Shown here one piece after another: positions 10,291 to 20,582 of a DNA stretch of 64,000 bases. Location of the stretch: positions 32,001 to 96,000 of the IMG/VR virus record IMGVR_UViG_3300045988_177049. The stretch is one strand, 5' to 3'. Numbering within the stretch: position 1 is the stretch's first letter; every line of letters begins with the position of its first letter. The notes beneath the pieces were generated by a model, which saw nothing but the letters and a program-made list of their open reading frames with translations, did not search any database and had not been told where the DNA came from. The stretch comes from a virus. Position numbers and translations under genes: made by a program.

Positions 10291-10323
10291 CCCCGGTACC
10301 AGAAATCCCAAATGGTACCGGGG
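10291..10323 (+). terminator. hairpin terminator
   Basis: ccccggtacc-(13 nt)-ggtaccgggg. Confidence 0.55.
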
Positions 10324-10425
10324 TGACCCGAACACAATGAACAACTTGAAACGCATCAATCCGAAAGGAGTTGATACACAAATAGTATCACAACTCCGTT
10401 CGTGTACCAAAGGAAAGGAACATCA

Positions 10426-10833
10426 ATGACCAAACCTTTAAATCCTTACGTTGCATCCGTCACCATCGAAGCAGAAACTCTTGAGGACGCTGAGCGAGTA
10501 CTTGCTGAGCGGCTGGGCTACGACGAAGACTACGGCTTCCCATACACGCTTAAGTACGATGATCCACAACTCATCGGTAAAAACCCCTCTGAGGATGAAG
10601 ACATACTCAGGTATCACACATGCCATATTGAGATAGGCATCAAGGGTAACAATCGTGTCATTCGCACTCAACCGCGATTCTGGGAAAGTGTCAACCGGGA
10701 ACTCAGCAGATTTGCGCAGGCACTTAGTGAAAATACACCAATCAACATTACGGCAATCAGCGGCAATAATGGCTTAACCTTGTGCACAATCATACCTTCG
10801 GCCATTGCATGGTTAGAGGTTGTCAATGACTAA
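10426..10833 (+). CDS. hypothetical protein
   Basis: aggaaagga RBS upstream of the ATG at 10426. Confidence 0.4.
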   Translation: MTKPLNPYVASVTIEAETLEDAERVLAERLGYDEDYGFPYTLKYDDPQLIGKNPSEDEDILRYHTCHIEIGIKGNNRVIRTQPRFWESVNRELSRFAQALSENTPINITAISGNNGLTLCTIIPSAIAWLEVVND

Positions 10834-10918
10834 GGGCTGGATAAACGAAACCGTTGCGAGTAAGCGCTAGTTCTCAATGACTAACACCGCTTGCAACGGT
10901 TTCCTATTCACTCAAGGC

Positions 10919-11617
10919 TCACCACGTGTACCACGTTGCGACTCCGGCCCCAATAACTAGTACTGCAACATACATGGGTTCCAACCATGGTTTGCTTTGC
11001 TGATACCGCAAAACATTACCCATGATACTTCGATAGCGAGTGGACACGACAATGCGCGTCTCGCCTCGCTCAATCACTTTCCATGTGGATGGAAAAAGTG
11101 GGTAGTACCAGATCCACCCGGCCATACTCCCAGCATCGAGTAGATCATGAGTGATCATGCCCACGAGCAGCCAGATGAAACCAGGCCACACCCACGCTGT
11201 CGCTGCACCGACGCCAAGGAGCACCCAGAGCGTGTGTGTCCACCCTCTATGGTTCAGAGGTGAGGTTGCATCCGCGCGTGACTCAGGCGAGCGCAACAGC
11301 GTCCCCCAGGGCATAAAACGACCCACCAATGAATGGGGCAGGTCAATATCAGGGAGCACTGTTCCGATGATAAACAGTGGTAGCCCGATGGCAACGCTTG
11401 TTAACCATTGATCATCAGAGGGAATAAACATCTGATGGAGCCATGTGCTCCCGAGCTGCACTACCCCACTCACCGTATCTAACGCATTGCTCATCCATGA
11501 GGGTTCACCAGAATCAATCATCGCCTGAGATTGGCCTATGCTTTCACCTACGGTGACGCAGGCTCGGCCAAGTCCGAGAATCGCCAATCCACCAGCGATA
11601 TGATACGTTCCCCTCAT
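10919..11617 (-). CDS. membrane-bound metal-dependent hydrolase-like protein (DUF457/YdjM-like)
   Basis: Multiple TM helices with His-rich motifs (RGWTHTLW, ITHDLLD) typical of the LexA-regulated YdjM/DUF457 family. Confidence 0.4.
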   Translation of the reverse strand: MRGTYHIAGGLAILGLGRACVTVGESIGQSQAMIDSGEPSWMSNALDTVSGVVQLGSTWLHQMFIPSDDQWLTSVAIGLPLFIIGTVLPDIDLPHSLVGRFMPWGTLLRSPESRADATSPLNHRGWTHTLWVLLGVGAATAWVWPGFIWLLVGMITHDLLDAGSMAGWIWYYPLFPSTWKVIERGETRIVVSTRYRSIMGNVLRYQQSKPWLEPMYVAVLVIGAGVATWYTW

Positions 11618-11814
11618 TGTGCATCCTTTCGTGATATGCGTTGCATGATCACTATTATTCTACTGGAAAACCAGGGTTTTGTGCAGACTGCACAGCGGGT
11701 TTCCAAAGGCAAGCCGTACACAGTACGGCCCGAGATCTATTTGACAGAACCAGACAGCCTGACGGCGCTGCCTGGTTCTCTATTTAATTCCTTTTTATTC
11801 AGGAGGTACCCACC

Positions 11815-13062
11815 ATGAAGTTTGACGAGAATCTCGTTGACAACACTATTTTGTTGCTTGAAGCGGGTTTAGTTCCGGCCCTGATGGGCGAACCCGGTAT
11901 CGGCAAGTCATCTTTCGTCGAAGACGTTGCCCGCCGAACGAACACCACATGCTTCACCCTTCCGTGTAACTTGCTGGCTGACAAGGCTGACCTGACAGGT
12001 GCACGCCTTGTTCTCAATGAATCTACCGGAGAATGGGCGCAGAAGTTCTTCCCCCACTCCGTCATCAGCCAAGCAATTCACTACGCCGAGAACAACCCCA
12101 ATGAACAGCCGATTCTGTTCTTGGATGAAATCAACCGTACGACCTCTGATGTCACCTCGGGCACCTTGACCCTCGTGACATTGCGCCGTATCGGTGACAA
12201 GGCTCTGCCGAAGAACCTACGCATCATCGTTGCGGGCAACGACAAGGGTAACGTCACTGCTCTTGATGACGCGTCCGTTTCACGTTTCGCCATCATCAAC
12301 GTTGAGCCTGATGCCCATACCCTGATCGATGTCCTGGGAGACAACTTGCACCCGTGGGTCAAGATGGTCTTGGAGAAGCACCCGGAAACGATCTTTGTCA
12401 AGAACGTTGATGATCAGCAGGCTGTTGAAGGATCCGACGACGACGACGAAAACGCCACTGTTTCCGTCTTTGACCTTTTCGACGGATCCGAGGAAATCCG
12501 GCCTTTCGCCACCCCTCGTACCATCGATGGTGTCTCGCGCTACCTCACTGCTCTGTCGACCGAAAAGCTCATGAGTTTCATGGCAACTGCCGCAACCACT
12601 CGCGATGGACGACATGTCTCCTACCTTCAAGAAACCATTGAAGGTCTGACCGGAAACACGTCTTTCACCACGCTCCTGATGGGTGTGATCAGCGAAGAAC
12701 TGAGCAAGGGCACGACCCAGACCAACGCTCAGCGCGTGGTCAAGCCGCGTATTTACGATACCTTGAAGGCTGCCGCCACCACGAGCATCGACGACGTTAC
12801 TCAGGTCATTTCAACCATGACCGATAACGACGCATCAGGATGCCTCGTCTTTGCTCTCTACGAGCGCGATGACAACACTGTGATCATTCAGGCTCTCAAC
12901 GACCGCTTGAGCCGTCTGGAAAAGAACCACCTGAATGATCTCATCACCTTGTGGTCGTCCGGCGCGCTCAACTCCCATAACTGCCGAGTTTTCACTGGGC
13001 TGAACACTGGCTTTGCCCAAGCCATCACGCCCACTCTCGTTGCTATGGGTCTGGGCGACTGA
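11815..13062 (+). CDS. AAA+ ATPase, MoxR/AAA_5-like
   Basis: Walker A GEPGIGKSS, Walker B/sensor LFLDEINRT (MoxR-type LDEINR), and IIVAGND. Confidence 0.7.
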   Translation: MKFDENLVDNTILLLEAGLVPALMGEPGIGKSSFVEDVARRTNTTCFTLPCNLLADKADLTGARLVLNESTGEWAQKFFPHSVISQAIHYAENNPNEQPILFLDEINRTTSDVTSGTLTLVTLRRIGDKALPKNLRIIVAGNDKGNVTALDDASVSRFAIINVEPDAHTLIDVLGDNLHPWVKMVLEKHPETIFVKNVDDQQAVEGSDDDDENATVSVFDLFDGSEEIRPFATPRTIDGVSRYLTALSTEKLMSFMATAATTRDGRHVSYLQETIEGLTGNTSFTTLLMGVISEELSKGTTQTNAQRVVKPRIYDTLKAAATTSIDDVTQVISTMTDNDASGCLVFALYERDDNTVIIQALNDRLSRLEKNHLNDLITLWSSGALNSHNCRVFTGLNTGFAQAITPTLVAMGLGD

Positions 13063-13163
13063 GTCTTTTGTGCACACCGATCGTATTCGGTGTAACTGCC
13101 TTGTTCTCCGACAGTTGCACCGAATACGACACATACCCGATATATTCATAGAAAGGGGCATCA

Positions 13164-14861
13164 ATGGCTACGATCCCCGTCAGCCTCATTGGACAAAAGC
13201 CAGGTCACCTTGACCCATACACGGCAATCCCCGCTTTCATCGGCGATTGCGACCCTGTAGCAATGCTCGACGCTATGGTGACCCACACGCTCTTTGAGCC
13301 ACTGAACGCAAACCAAACGGTCGCTGTGGTTGTGAATAATCAACCGATCGACCGCGATGGTGCAAACGAGCTTCTCCTTCGATCTGTCGGTGAAGTTCTG
13401 GACCCCGTTGCTCAGGAAGTGATGAACACGCTCTTTGAGCAGGCTCTCACCAGGTGGATCCCTTCGGCATCGTCACCTGTCGATGAAGCCTTCATCACCC
13501 AGGCCGCTGCCACGTGCAAACTGCCTGACCCGAGCAAGGCTCTCTACACCACGCAATCCGACGTGATCCCGGCTGTAAAAGACGTGCTTGCGGGTAACGC
13601 TGGAACAGACCTTCTCCTGGTGTCCTTGGGATGGACCTTCCACCCACACACCGTGGGGTTCTGGTTCCGTACCAACGCTGAGTTCGATGCGTTCAAGACA
13701 TGGCTTCAAGGCGAGCTTGCCAAGATTGCGTCCAATATCAGCACCCCTGATATGCGGATGTTCCAGCAGTTCGATGCGCTCACGCTCACCGATCTGACCG
13801 AATCGCTCATCTTGCGAGCAGATGACTCACAGGCTCTGGATGAGTACTCGTTCGCACGTGTGCTCATGTGGGCGCTCATGACATGGACTCACAACAACGC
13901 TCCCCAGGCAGGCGCGCCCCAGACATGTGGCGTTCTCCCATTCAGCATCGCTGAGATGGCTTTGCCCAGGACTCTCGTTCTGGTCAACATTGAAGCTCAT
14001 GCCAGGACCTCTATGCGCAAGATCATTAACGAGTGGGAACTCATCAACAAGTCACTCCACACACCTGTGAAGCTCGTAACCCCAGGGCAGCTAAGCAAAC
14101 TCACGGCTCTCGCCCGTGCGCAGCAAAAAGCATCAGCCCAAGCTGCAAACAGCTTGTCCAACGCGCACCAGCAAAAGGGTCGTAGTGGTCGCGTGGTATT
14201 CCACAAGCGCCCAACACACCCTGTTGACATCTACAAGTCTGTCATGCGCGTGCTCACTCGTATGTCCAAGGTCAACCAATCGTTGAACTCGATTCGCAAT
14301 GTGACGACGAGTTTCGTCAGGGCCAACAGGCGTCAACCTAATGATCCGAACAAGCCAGGTAAGGTCATTTCGCGTAAATACCTACCCGACATTCACATTT
14401 ACCTTGATACGTCAGGGTCTATCTCCACCGAAAACTACGAAGATACGATCAAAATGCTCATCACTTTCGCCAAGAAAATGGGCGTTGATCTGTACTTCAC
14501 GAGCTTCTCACACATCATGTCCACTCCTGTGCGTCTTCGTATCAAAGACCGCTCGGTAAACCAGGTGTGGAAGCAGTTCGCGGCTGTGCCGAAGGTTTCC
14601 GGTGGAACCGACTACGAGCAGATTTACACCTTCATCAACGAACACCCCACTCTAAGGCGTCGTTTGAACCTGGTGATCACTGACTTTGAATGGTGGCCTG
14701 GGTCATACCACATCGATGTCCCAGAAAATCTGTACTACGTTCCGATCTCTGTTCCATCTGGGTACTACTCATCGTTGCGTAACAGCGCCATGAGCTTTGT
14801 CCGTTCGATGGAAAAGATCGATCCGAGTACGGGGTCTCGAATCCTTGGTATGACCAACTGA
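13164..14861 (+). CDS. von Willebrand factor A (vWA) domain protein, partner of the MoxR-like ATPase
   Basis: C-terminal MIDAS elements: IYLDTSGSIS (DxSxS), VSGGTDYEQI and LVITDFEW. The N-terminal ~380 aa are uncharacterised. Confidence 0.6.
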   Translation: MATIPVSLIGQKPGHLDPYTAIPAFIGDCDPVAMLDAMVTHTLFEPLNANQTVAVVVNNQPIDRDGANELLLRSVGEVLDPVAQEVMNTLFEQALTRWIPSASSPVDEAFITQAAATCKLPDPSKALYTTQSDVIPAVKDVLAGNAGTDLLLVSLGWTFHPHTVGFWFRTNAEFDAFKTWLQGELAKIASNISTPDMRMFQQFDALTLTDLTESLILRADDSQALDEYSFARVLMWALMTWTHNNAPQAGAPQTCGVLPFSIAEMALPRTLVLVNIEAHARTSMRKIINEWELINKSLHTPVKLVTPGQLSKLTALARAQQKASAQAANSLSNAHQQKGRSGRVVFHKRPTHPVDIYKSVMRVLTRMSKVNQSLNSIRNVTTSFVRANRRQPNDPNKPGKVISRKYLPDIHIYLDTSGSISTENYEDTIKMLITFAKKMGVDLYFTSFSHIMSTPVRLRIKDRSVNQVWKQFAAVPKVSGGTDYEQIYTFINEHPTLRRRLNLVITDFEWWPGSYHIDVPENLYYVPISVPSGYYSSLRNSAMSFVRSMEKIDPSTGSRILGMTN

Positions 14862-14963
14862 TTCGAATCACACCAATCTGCTCACCCCTTCCTTCTCTGG
14901 GCTAACCACCTGGGGAAGGAAGGGCCTATTCATATCTCTTTATTCACGTGAAAGGAGGCCCCT

Positions 14964-16805
14964 ATGGGCCTGTCAAACTTTACACCCACAGACATCGGCG
15001 GCAACCCCGGCACTGGGGGATCGAACATCCCTCTATCGTCCTTGCTCGGCCCACTTCTGACAGGCGGCTCTGACATTAACGATATGCTCATTAACTACAA
15101 CGAGACGTACAAGAGCGCCACACCTGCTCTTTTCCGTGATGAGATCGTCACCCAGACCATGAGCATCATCTCGTCCTCTCGCAAGCCGAACGCTCTACTC
15201 GTCGGCCCAGCTGGGGTTGGCAAGACGGCGATCGTCGAAGAGATCGCCAGGCGCATCGCTAATAAAGAGGCTTCTGTGCCCCCGCAGCTCGCAAACACGA
15301 CGATCTACGAGCTGCCAATTGCAACTCTCGTTGCAGGCGCTGGCGTAGTCGGTGATCTGGAAAACCGCATCACCGAGATCATCAAGTTTGCACAGGATGC
15401 AAACAACGATGCACTGCTGTTCATTGATGAGATCCACCTCATTGCAGATAGCAACAACACGACCTACGCCAAGATTGCACAGATCCTCAAACCCGCTATG
15501 GCCCGAGGATACATCCGCGTGATCGCCGCAACGACCATGGGTGAAGCGAAGAAACTCGATGACGACCCGGCGTTCAAGCGCCGTTTCTCATCCGTCATCG
15601 TCGATGAACTCACCCGTGAGCAGACCCGTCAAATCCTGGACATTGTTCTGCCCGGTATGCTCACCCACTACCAGAACAAGGTCACGGTCGCCCCCGACGT
15701 CCTTGACGAAATCGTCATGACAGCCGACCGTCTCATGAGTACGGGACACCGCCCTGATACGGCGATTACGCTTCTCGACCGAGCACTGAGTCACTCCGTC
15801 ATTAGCCACCACGCGGCGATCCAGGAAGCTCTCGCTTCTGGGAACACGACGAGCGCACAGATGCTCCAGCAGATTACTCATATTCCGTTGACGGCTAAGC
15901 GACTGAACACAATCGCCATGCTTCTTGTCACCGGACAATCCCAGCCCCCACACCTTGATGTGACAGCTCTCCAAACAGAGCTATCCAGGCTCAGGGGTCA
16001 AGAAGAGGTTCTTCCCCGCATCGTCGACGCTTTGCGCAGACGCGAGCTGAACATCTTCCCGAGCACTCGCCCCACCTCATGGCTTTTCGCCGGGGCATCC
16101 GGGGTCGGCAAGTCGGAAACAGCCACGATCATCTCATCTATGGTCACTGGGCAAAAGCCCATCATCCTCAACATGGCTGAGTACCATGACTCGGCGTCGA
16201 TCAATCGCATCATCGGCTCACCAACCGGCTACGTCGGTTCGGACAGCGCCAAGGAACGACCTTTCGATACCTTGGCATCGAACCCCTACCGCGTGATCGT
16301 CCTTGATGAGTTTGAGAAGGCCGATATGTCAGTGCAGCGACTTTTCCTCTCTGCTCTGGATACCGGCGAGATCCAGATGGCAAACGGTCCAGCCGTTGAC
16401 CTCTCGCGTTGCATCGTCATTGCAACGACAAACGCTGGAAGGCAGAAACTCTCTGGCTCCCAGATGGGCTTCGGGGATCATAAGCACTCCATGAGCAAGC
16501 AGTCTTTGACCAAAGAACTCCAAAAGAGTTTTGACGCAGAGCTGCTGGGACGCTTTGATGATCTCATCGCGTTCATGCCTTTGGGTGCCGACGACTACGC
16601 ACAAATCTTGCGCGATGAATACAATCGCCAAGTAAAGCGTATTTGCGCCGAGCGCCCAGACCTGAGCTTTGATCCAATTGATGATGACACCATCGCTCAA
16701 TTGGTCGATGAGACATGGCTCGTTGACCAGGGCGCACGCCCGGCCATTCGCGCCATCCGCGCTCTGATTGAAGACATGCTGCTCGCTCAGGTAGCGAACT
16801 CATAG
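14964..16805 (+). CDS. ClpA/ClpB-like double-AAA+ ATPase (no protease-binding loop evident)
   Basis: D1 region LLVGPAGVGKTAIVEEIARRI, LLFIDEIHLI, RVIAATT. D2 region FAGASGVGKSETA, RVIVLDEFEKA, IVIATTNAG. Confidence 0.75.
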   Translation: MGLSNFTPTDIGGNPGTGGSNIPLSSLLGPLLTGGSDINDMLINYNETYKSATPALFRDEIVTQTMSIISSSRKPNALLVGPAGVGKTAIVEEIARRIANKEASVPPQLANTTIYELPIATLVAGAGVVGDLENRITEIIKFAQDANNDALLFIDEIHLIADSNNTTYAKIAQILKPAMARGYIRVIAATTMGEAKKLDDDPAFKRRFSSVIVDELTREQTRQILDIVLPGMLTHYQNKVTVAPDVLDEIVMTADRLMSTGHRPDTAITLLDRALSHSVISHHAAIQEALASGNTTSAQMLQQITHIPLTAKRLNTIAMLLVTGQSQPPHLDVTALQTELSRLRGQEEVLPRIVDALRRRELNIFPSTRPTSWLFAGASGVGKSETATIISSMVTGQKPIILNMAEYHDSASINRIIGSPTGYVGSDSAKERPFDTLASNPYRVIVLDEFEKADMSVQRLFLSALDTGEIQMANGPAVDLSRCIVIATTNAGRQKLSGSQMGFGDHKHSMSKQSLTKELQKSFDAELLGRFDDLIAFMPLGADDYAQILRDEYNRQVKRICAERPDLSFDPIDDDTIAQLVDETWLVDQGARPAIRAIRALIEDMLLAQVANS

Positions 16806-16814
16806 AGCACATAC

Positions 16815-16851
16815 GGTTCGCCCACGTGAATTCACCCCTCGTGGGCGAACC
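16815..16851 (+). terminator. hairpin terminator
   Basis: ggttcgcccacg-(13 nt)-cgtgggcgaacc. Confidence 0.55.
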
Positions 16852-16887
16852 ACCCATTCATCATCTATTTATCCAAGGAGAACAACC

Positions 16888-17544
16888 ATGTCTACCATGC
16901 GTACCGTTCAATACACCCTTCACGAAACCGATGGGTCTTTGACGACCGTCGTCGCTCACTACGGCATCCGAAATGACCGCGTCAGCGTCATGGGAGAGGT
17001 CTATTACAACCGTGAAGATGACCAAACCCCGCTTGCCAACCTTGATCCCGATAAGTGCGGGCAGGTATGCGATGAGATTAAACAGGCGTTTCCGTGGCTA
17101 GAGCCTCTCATGGAACTCCATCTTGCCGACGCTTACACAGGGGCACCGATGTACGCCCTCGATAATGGGTGGTTCTGGCTTCATGAGGATGAAGCTGATG
17201 GCCCGCTCATCACCACCGTTAGCCGTCGTCGCGCAGCCAGGTACCTTCGCACGACACCGGACATGTTAGAGGACGTTCGCACCAAGAACGACCTCGAAGT
17301 TCTGATCAACACCGCACTGGCCCCGGCGTGGAAGAAACAGATTGACGCTGCATTGGCACTCTACGATCTGTCCACCGGCCATAAGCCACAGGTCAATAAA
17401 GACCTTGAGTCTCTCCAGATCATCTACACCGATGATAAGGGATGTCTCTACACCCAACCATTGAGCGATTTGTCCGACGTAGGAACCCTCGTCAATCCTG
17501 ACGAGGACACCGATCTCACCATCGTCGGTTACACAATCGCGTAA
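16888..17544 (+). CDS. hypothetical protein
   Basis: ORF with an RBS (aaggagaa). No motif recognised. Confidence 0.4.
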   Translation: MSTMRTVQYTLHETDGSLTTVVAHYGIRNDRVSVMGEVYYNREDDQTPLANLDPDKCGQVCDEIKQAFPWLEPLMELHLADAYTGAPMYALDNGWFWLHEDEADGPLITTVSRRRAARYLRTTPDMLEDVRTKNDLEVLINTALAPAWKKQIDAALALYDLSTGHKPQVNKDLESLQIIYTDDKGCLYTQPLSDLSDVGTLVNPDEDTDLTIVGYTIA

Positions 17545-17643
17545 CCGTCTATTCGCTCATCACACCATCGATCGGTCAGTACCGCCACTGGCCGATTGAT
17601 GGCTTATTCATACACTTATTTATATTCAGAAAGGAAGGCTTTC

Positions 17644-19521
17644 ATGCCCATCCTCTTGGAAAGCATTGATACCGCAGCCGCTCAGATCAATACCGTTGCT
17701 GAGGCGGGTAAAGCCCGCACGATCAAGGCTGTCACTCCCAAATTCTTCTCGTCCTCTCTGACCGGCCAGGGCAAGAAGCAAGGCGTGCTGAACTCTTCCG
17801 TTGTCCCCGGTTTCTACCCTATGGGTCTGAGCCGTGCAACGATGGGAAGCACCGACATTCGCTATAAGGAACGTCGCACTTCGAACAACGTCACCAGCCA
17901 CATTATCCCCATCGGCACTGTCGTTCGACGCGCCTATGAGCAGGGATACGGCTATATGAAGGTTCCCGTCCCCTCTGAGGCGAACGCATTCTCCGTGCGC
18001 TTGACGAGCGATACCGACGACTTCGATATCTACGCATCCTGCCACGTACAGGGCCTCGTCATGCGCGAGGATCGTAGCGGACGAGAAATGGTCAAGGACC
18101 TTGCCGTCTCGTACCGCACGATGCTCTACGTCGTTCCGCCCGTAAAGGACGAAGACGTTGACGACCTGGAAGCTCAGATGGACACTCTGTGCGACCAGGA
18201 TCTCGCCTCTTGCGACATCGATGATCCAGACTTCATCGACGCAAGCGACGAGGACATCATGGCTTTGGACGATGAGTCTGTCGATTCACTCGTCCTGAGC
18301 GTAGACGATGACTACCGCACTCGTGCCACCCTGCTGAACATGTCGGCGTCCAACTTCCGCAACCTCTCGTATCGCATGAGTGTCGAAGGCCAAGCCTGGG
18401 CCATTGTTGACTGGAGCTATGCTCCCGTCGAAGATTCCATCGACCTACCGTGGAACGACATCCTGTGCGCCGTAGGTATCGATCCTTCGCGCCAGAACGA
18501 GTTCCGTGACACTCTGAATCAGTTCTACGCTGATTACAGCGTCTACGAGAACATTACGTACAGTGCGCAGCGGTGGACCAGCAATGGTATCGCTGAGGAC
18601 ATCCGAGACGTTGTTGCCGCTCTTGTACCCAAGACCCGCACCTACAACGACGATCAGTTGGCTCAGATGGTCTACCAGCTTCGCTACATGGAGCAGTACA
18701 GCGTTCCACTGCCTGCCTACCGCGAAGTCTACACGGCCATCAACACACTCTGTGACCCTCAGACTGCATCGCGTCTGATGAAGCAGAACATGAACCTGCT
18801 GATGAACGAGACCTTGCACGAGCTGGGATCTCACCGCGACGAACTGGAGCGTGCACCTCAGTCGATGGCAACCACTCCGATCCAAGGCCAGCTCTCACCT
18901 CAGCAGAAGGCCGCTGTGTGCTCGACTGAGCCTCTCTCCATCACTCAGGCAGGAGCGGGCGCTGGTAAGAGCACGGTGATCCTTGCTCGTATCAACCAGC
19001 TCACGCTGTGCGGGGTCAACCCCTCGGACATCACTGTGCTGTCGTTTACGAACGCGGCGGCGGACAACATCATCAAAAAGAACCCCAACGTTCGCTCGAT
19101 GACCATTGCCCGCATGATCCATGATCTCTACATGACCTACTTCCCCACCCACGAACTCAGCTCTGTTGAAACGATCGCGAACTCTCTGGGTATCTACATG
19201 CCCGGAGACGCTTTCGCGCTTCAATTCTCTCAGCGTCTTCGTCGGTTGGAAGGTCGTGATGCACAAGGTGCCTACACCTCGCTGAACAACTTCATCGAGG
19301 CACACCTTGAGCAAACCGTTGACGCTCTGAACCTCATTAAGCAAACGTCCTTGGAACTAGAGATCATCCTCGCGTACCAGACGATTGATCGGATGCCGCT
19401 GCCTTCGGGTCTGAACATCCGCCACCTCATCATCGACGAGGTACAGGACAACTCCGTCTTTGAGTTCATCTACCTGCTCCGCCTTGTGAGCAAGCTCAAG
19501 GCATCACTTTTCATCGTGGGT
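17644..19521 (+). CDS. UvrD/PcrA-like SF1 helicase, exon 1 (ends within motif III)
   Basis: aaggaagg RBS upstream of the ATG at 17644. Motif I ITQAGAGAGKST, motif Ia LSFTNAAADN. The exon ends ...SLFIVG, immediately before an in-frame stop produced by the intron. Confidence 0.7.
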
Positions 19522-20582
19522 AAGCATTGCTCACGTTAAACCCTACTAATTGCGGGAAACTCATGTTTTCGCGATAACGACCGCGACTATTGAGAAACCA
19601 ATAGTGCAGCAGATGAGATAACGCTCATCGGATGGTAACACCGTTATCGTCAATGACAATCCGCAGCCAGCCACCCCAACGTCAAGCCGTGGGTGGAAGG
19701 TTCATCGACTATCGAACGCGCTGACACATTATCAGCAATAAGCCATGAGTAATCCCATGGCGAAGCAAGTAGAGTAGCGACCACACACGCATCATGTGGT
19801 ACGCGAAATGATGGGCATGTTTGGTATACTCTACCTAACATGAAGATATAGTCAACCAATTCACGAAACGAGGAAACTGATGCTGTCCTCACCTGACATC
19901 AACAGACGACATTCGCTCAACACATACTTTTTCGACACCATCCATAATGAAGCACAAGCTTATTGGCTTGGTTTCTTATGGGCTGATGGATCATGGTCGA
20001 AAACCGCTCCACGGTGCAGTGGCCCCAACAGGCTCACTCTTAGCCAGAAGCTCTCAGAGATTGATCATCTCCAATTGTTTCTAAACACCCTTGAAGCGGA
20101 TTACCCCATTCGACGTGTTAACAACGGATACGGACTAGCCGTCGCCGTACACATTAACAGTCGACCTTTGTGCGTAAGCCTCGAACAATTAGGTTTTGCG
20201 CGTAAAGACCAACGTGTTCATATTCCACCGATACCATCGCATTTACTACATCACTTTGTTCGTGGATACTTTGATGGGGATGGATGTCTATCTGTCTATC
20301 AACAGACAGTTGGTAATGCCGTCATCAATAAGCAGGAATGGTCCCTCACTGGACACCCCAAATTCATCGCAAACATTCGTCAGCTTATTGAGCAAAACGT
20401 TGATGTCTCTCAACGAGTGAAGATCAAGACTTATAAACGTACCGATAAAGCTGTCACTTTACGGTACGGCAAAAAGTCCGATATCTCCGCTCTCTATGAT
20501 TACTTGTACCAAGATGCCACCGTGTATCTTGACTCAAAGTATCAACGATTCGTAGAGTTCTTCACTCGTGAGAAGAACTAGG
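19522..20582 (+). mobile_element. group I intron (about 1.06 kb) carrying a LAGLIDADG homing endonuclease ORF
   Basis: Low-GC, stop-rich insert. The 5' exon ends in U (ggt|aag) and the insert ends in G (...tagg|gat). Joining the exons restores helicase motif III in frame: LFIVG|DASQTLYEFR. Confidence 0.6.
19880..20581 (+). CDS. LAGLIDADG homing endonuclease (intron-encoded, double-motif)
   Basis: Two LAGLIDADG motifs: YWLGFLWADGSW and FVRGYFDGDGCLS. An RBS (acgaggaaactg) is upstream. Confidence 0.8.
   Translation: MLSSPDINRRHSLNTYFFDTIHNEAQAYWLGFLWADGSWSKTAPRCSGPNRLTLSQKLSEIDHLQLFLNTLEADYPIRRVNNGYGLAVAVHINSRPLCVSLEQLGFARKDQRVHIPPIPSHLLHHFVRGYFDGDGCLSVYQQTVGNAVINKQEWSLTGHPKFIANIRQLIEQNVDVSQRVKIKTYKRTDKAVTLRYGKKSDISALYDYLYQDATVYLDSKYQRFVEFFTREKN

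Noticed and set aside
19880-20581. LAGLIDADG ORF interpreted as an intein of the helicase
   Set aside because: The insert is in a different reading frame, is preceded by stop codons, is AT-rich non-coding for ~350 nt, and has U/G splice-site nucleotides. A group I intron fits better than an in-frame intein.
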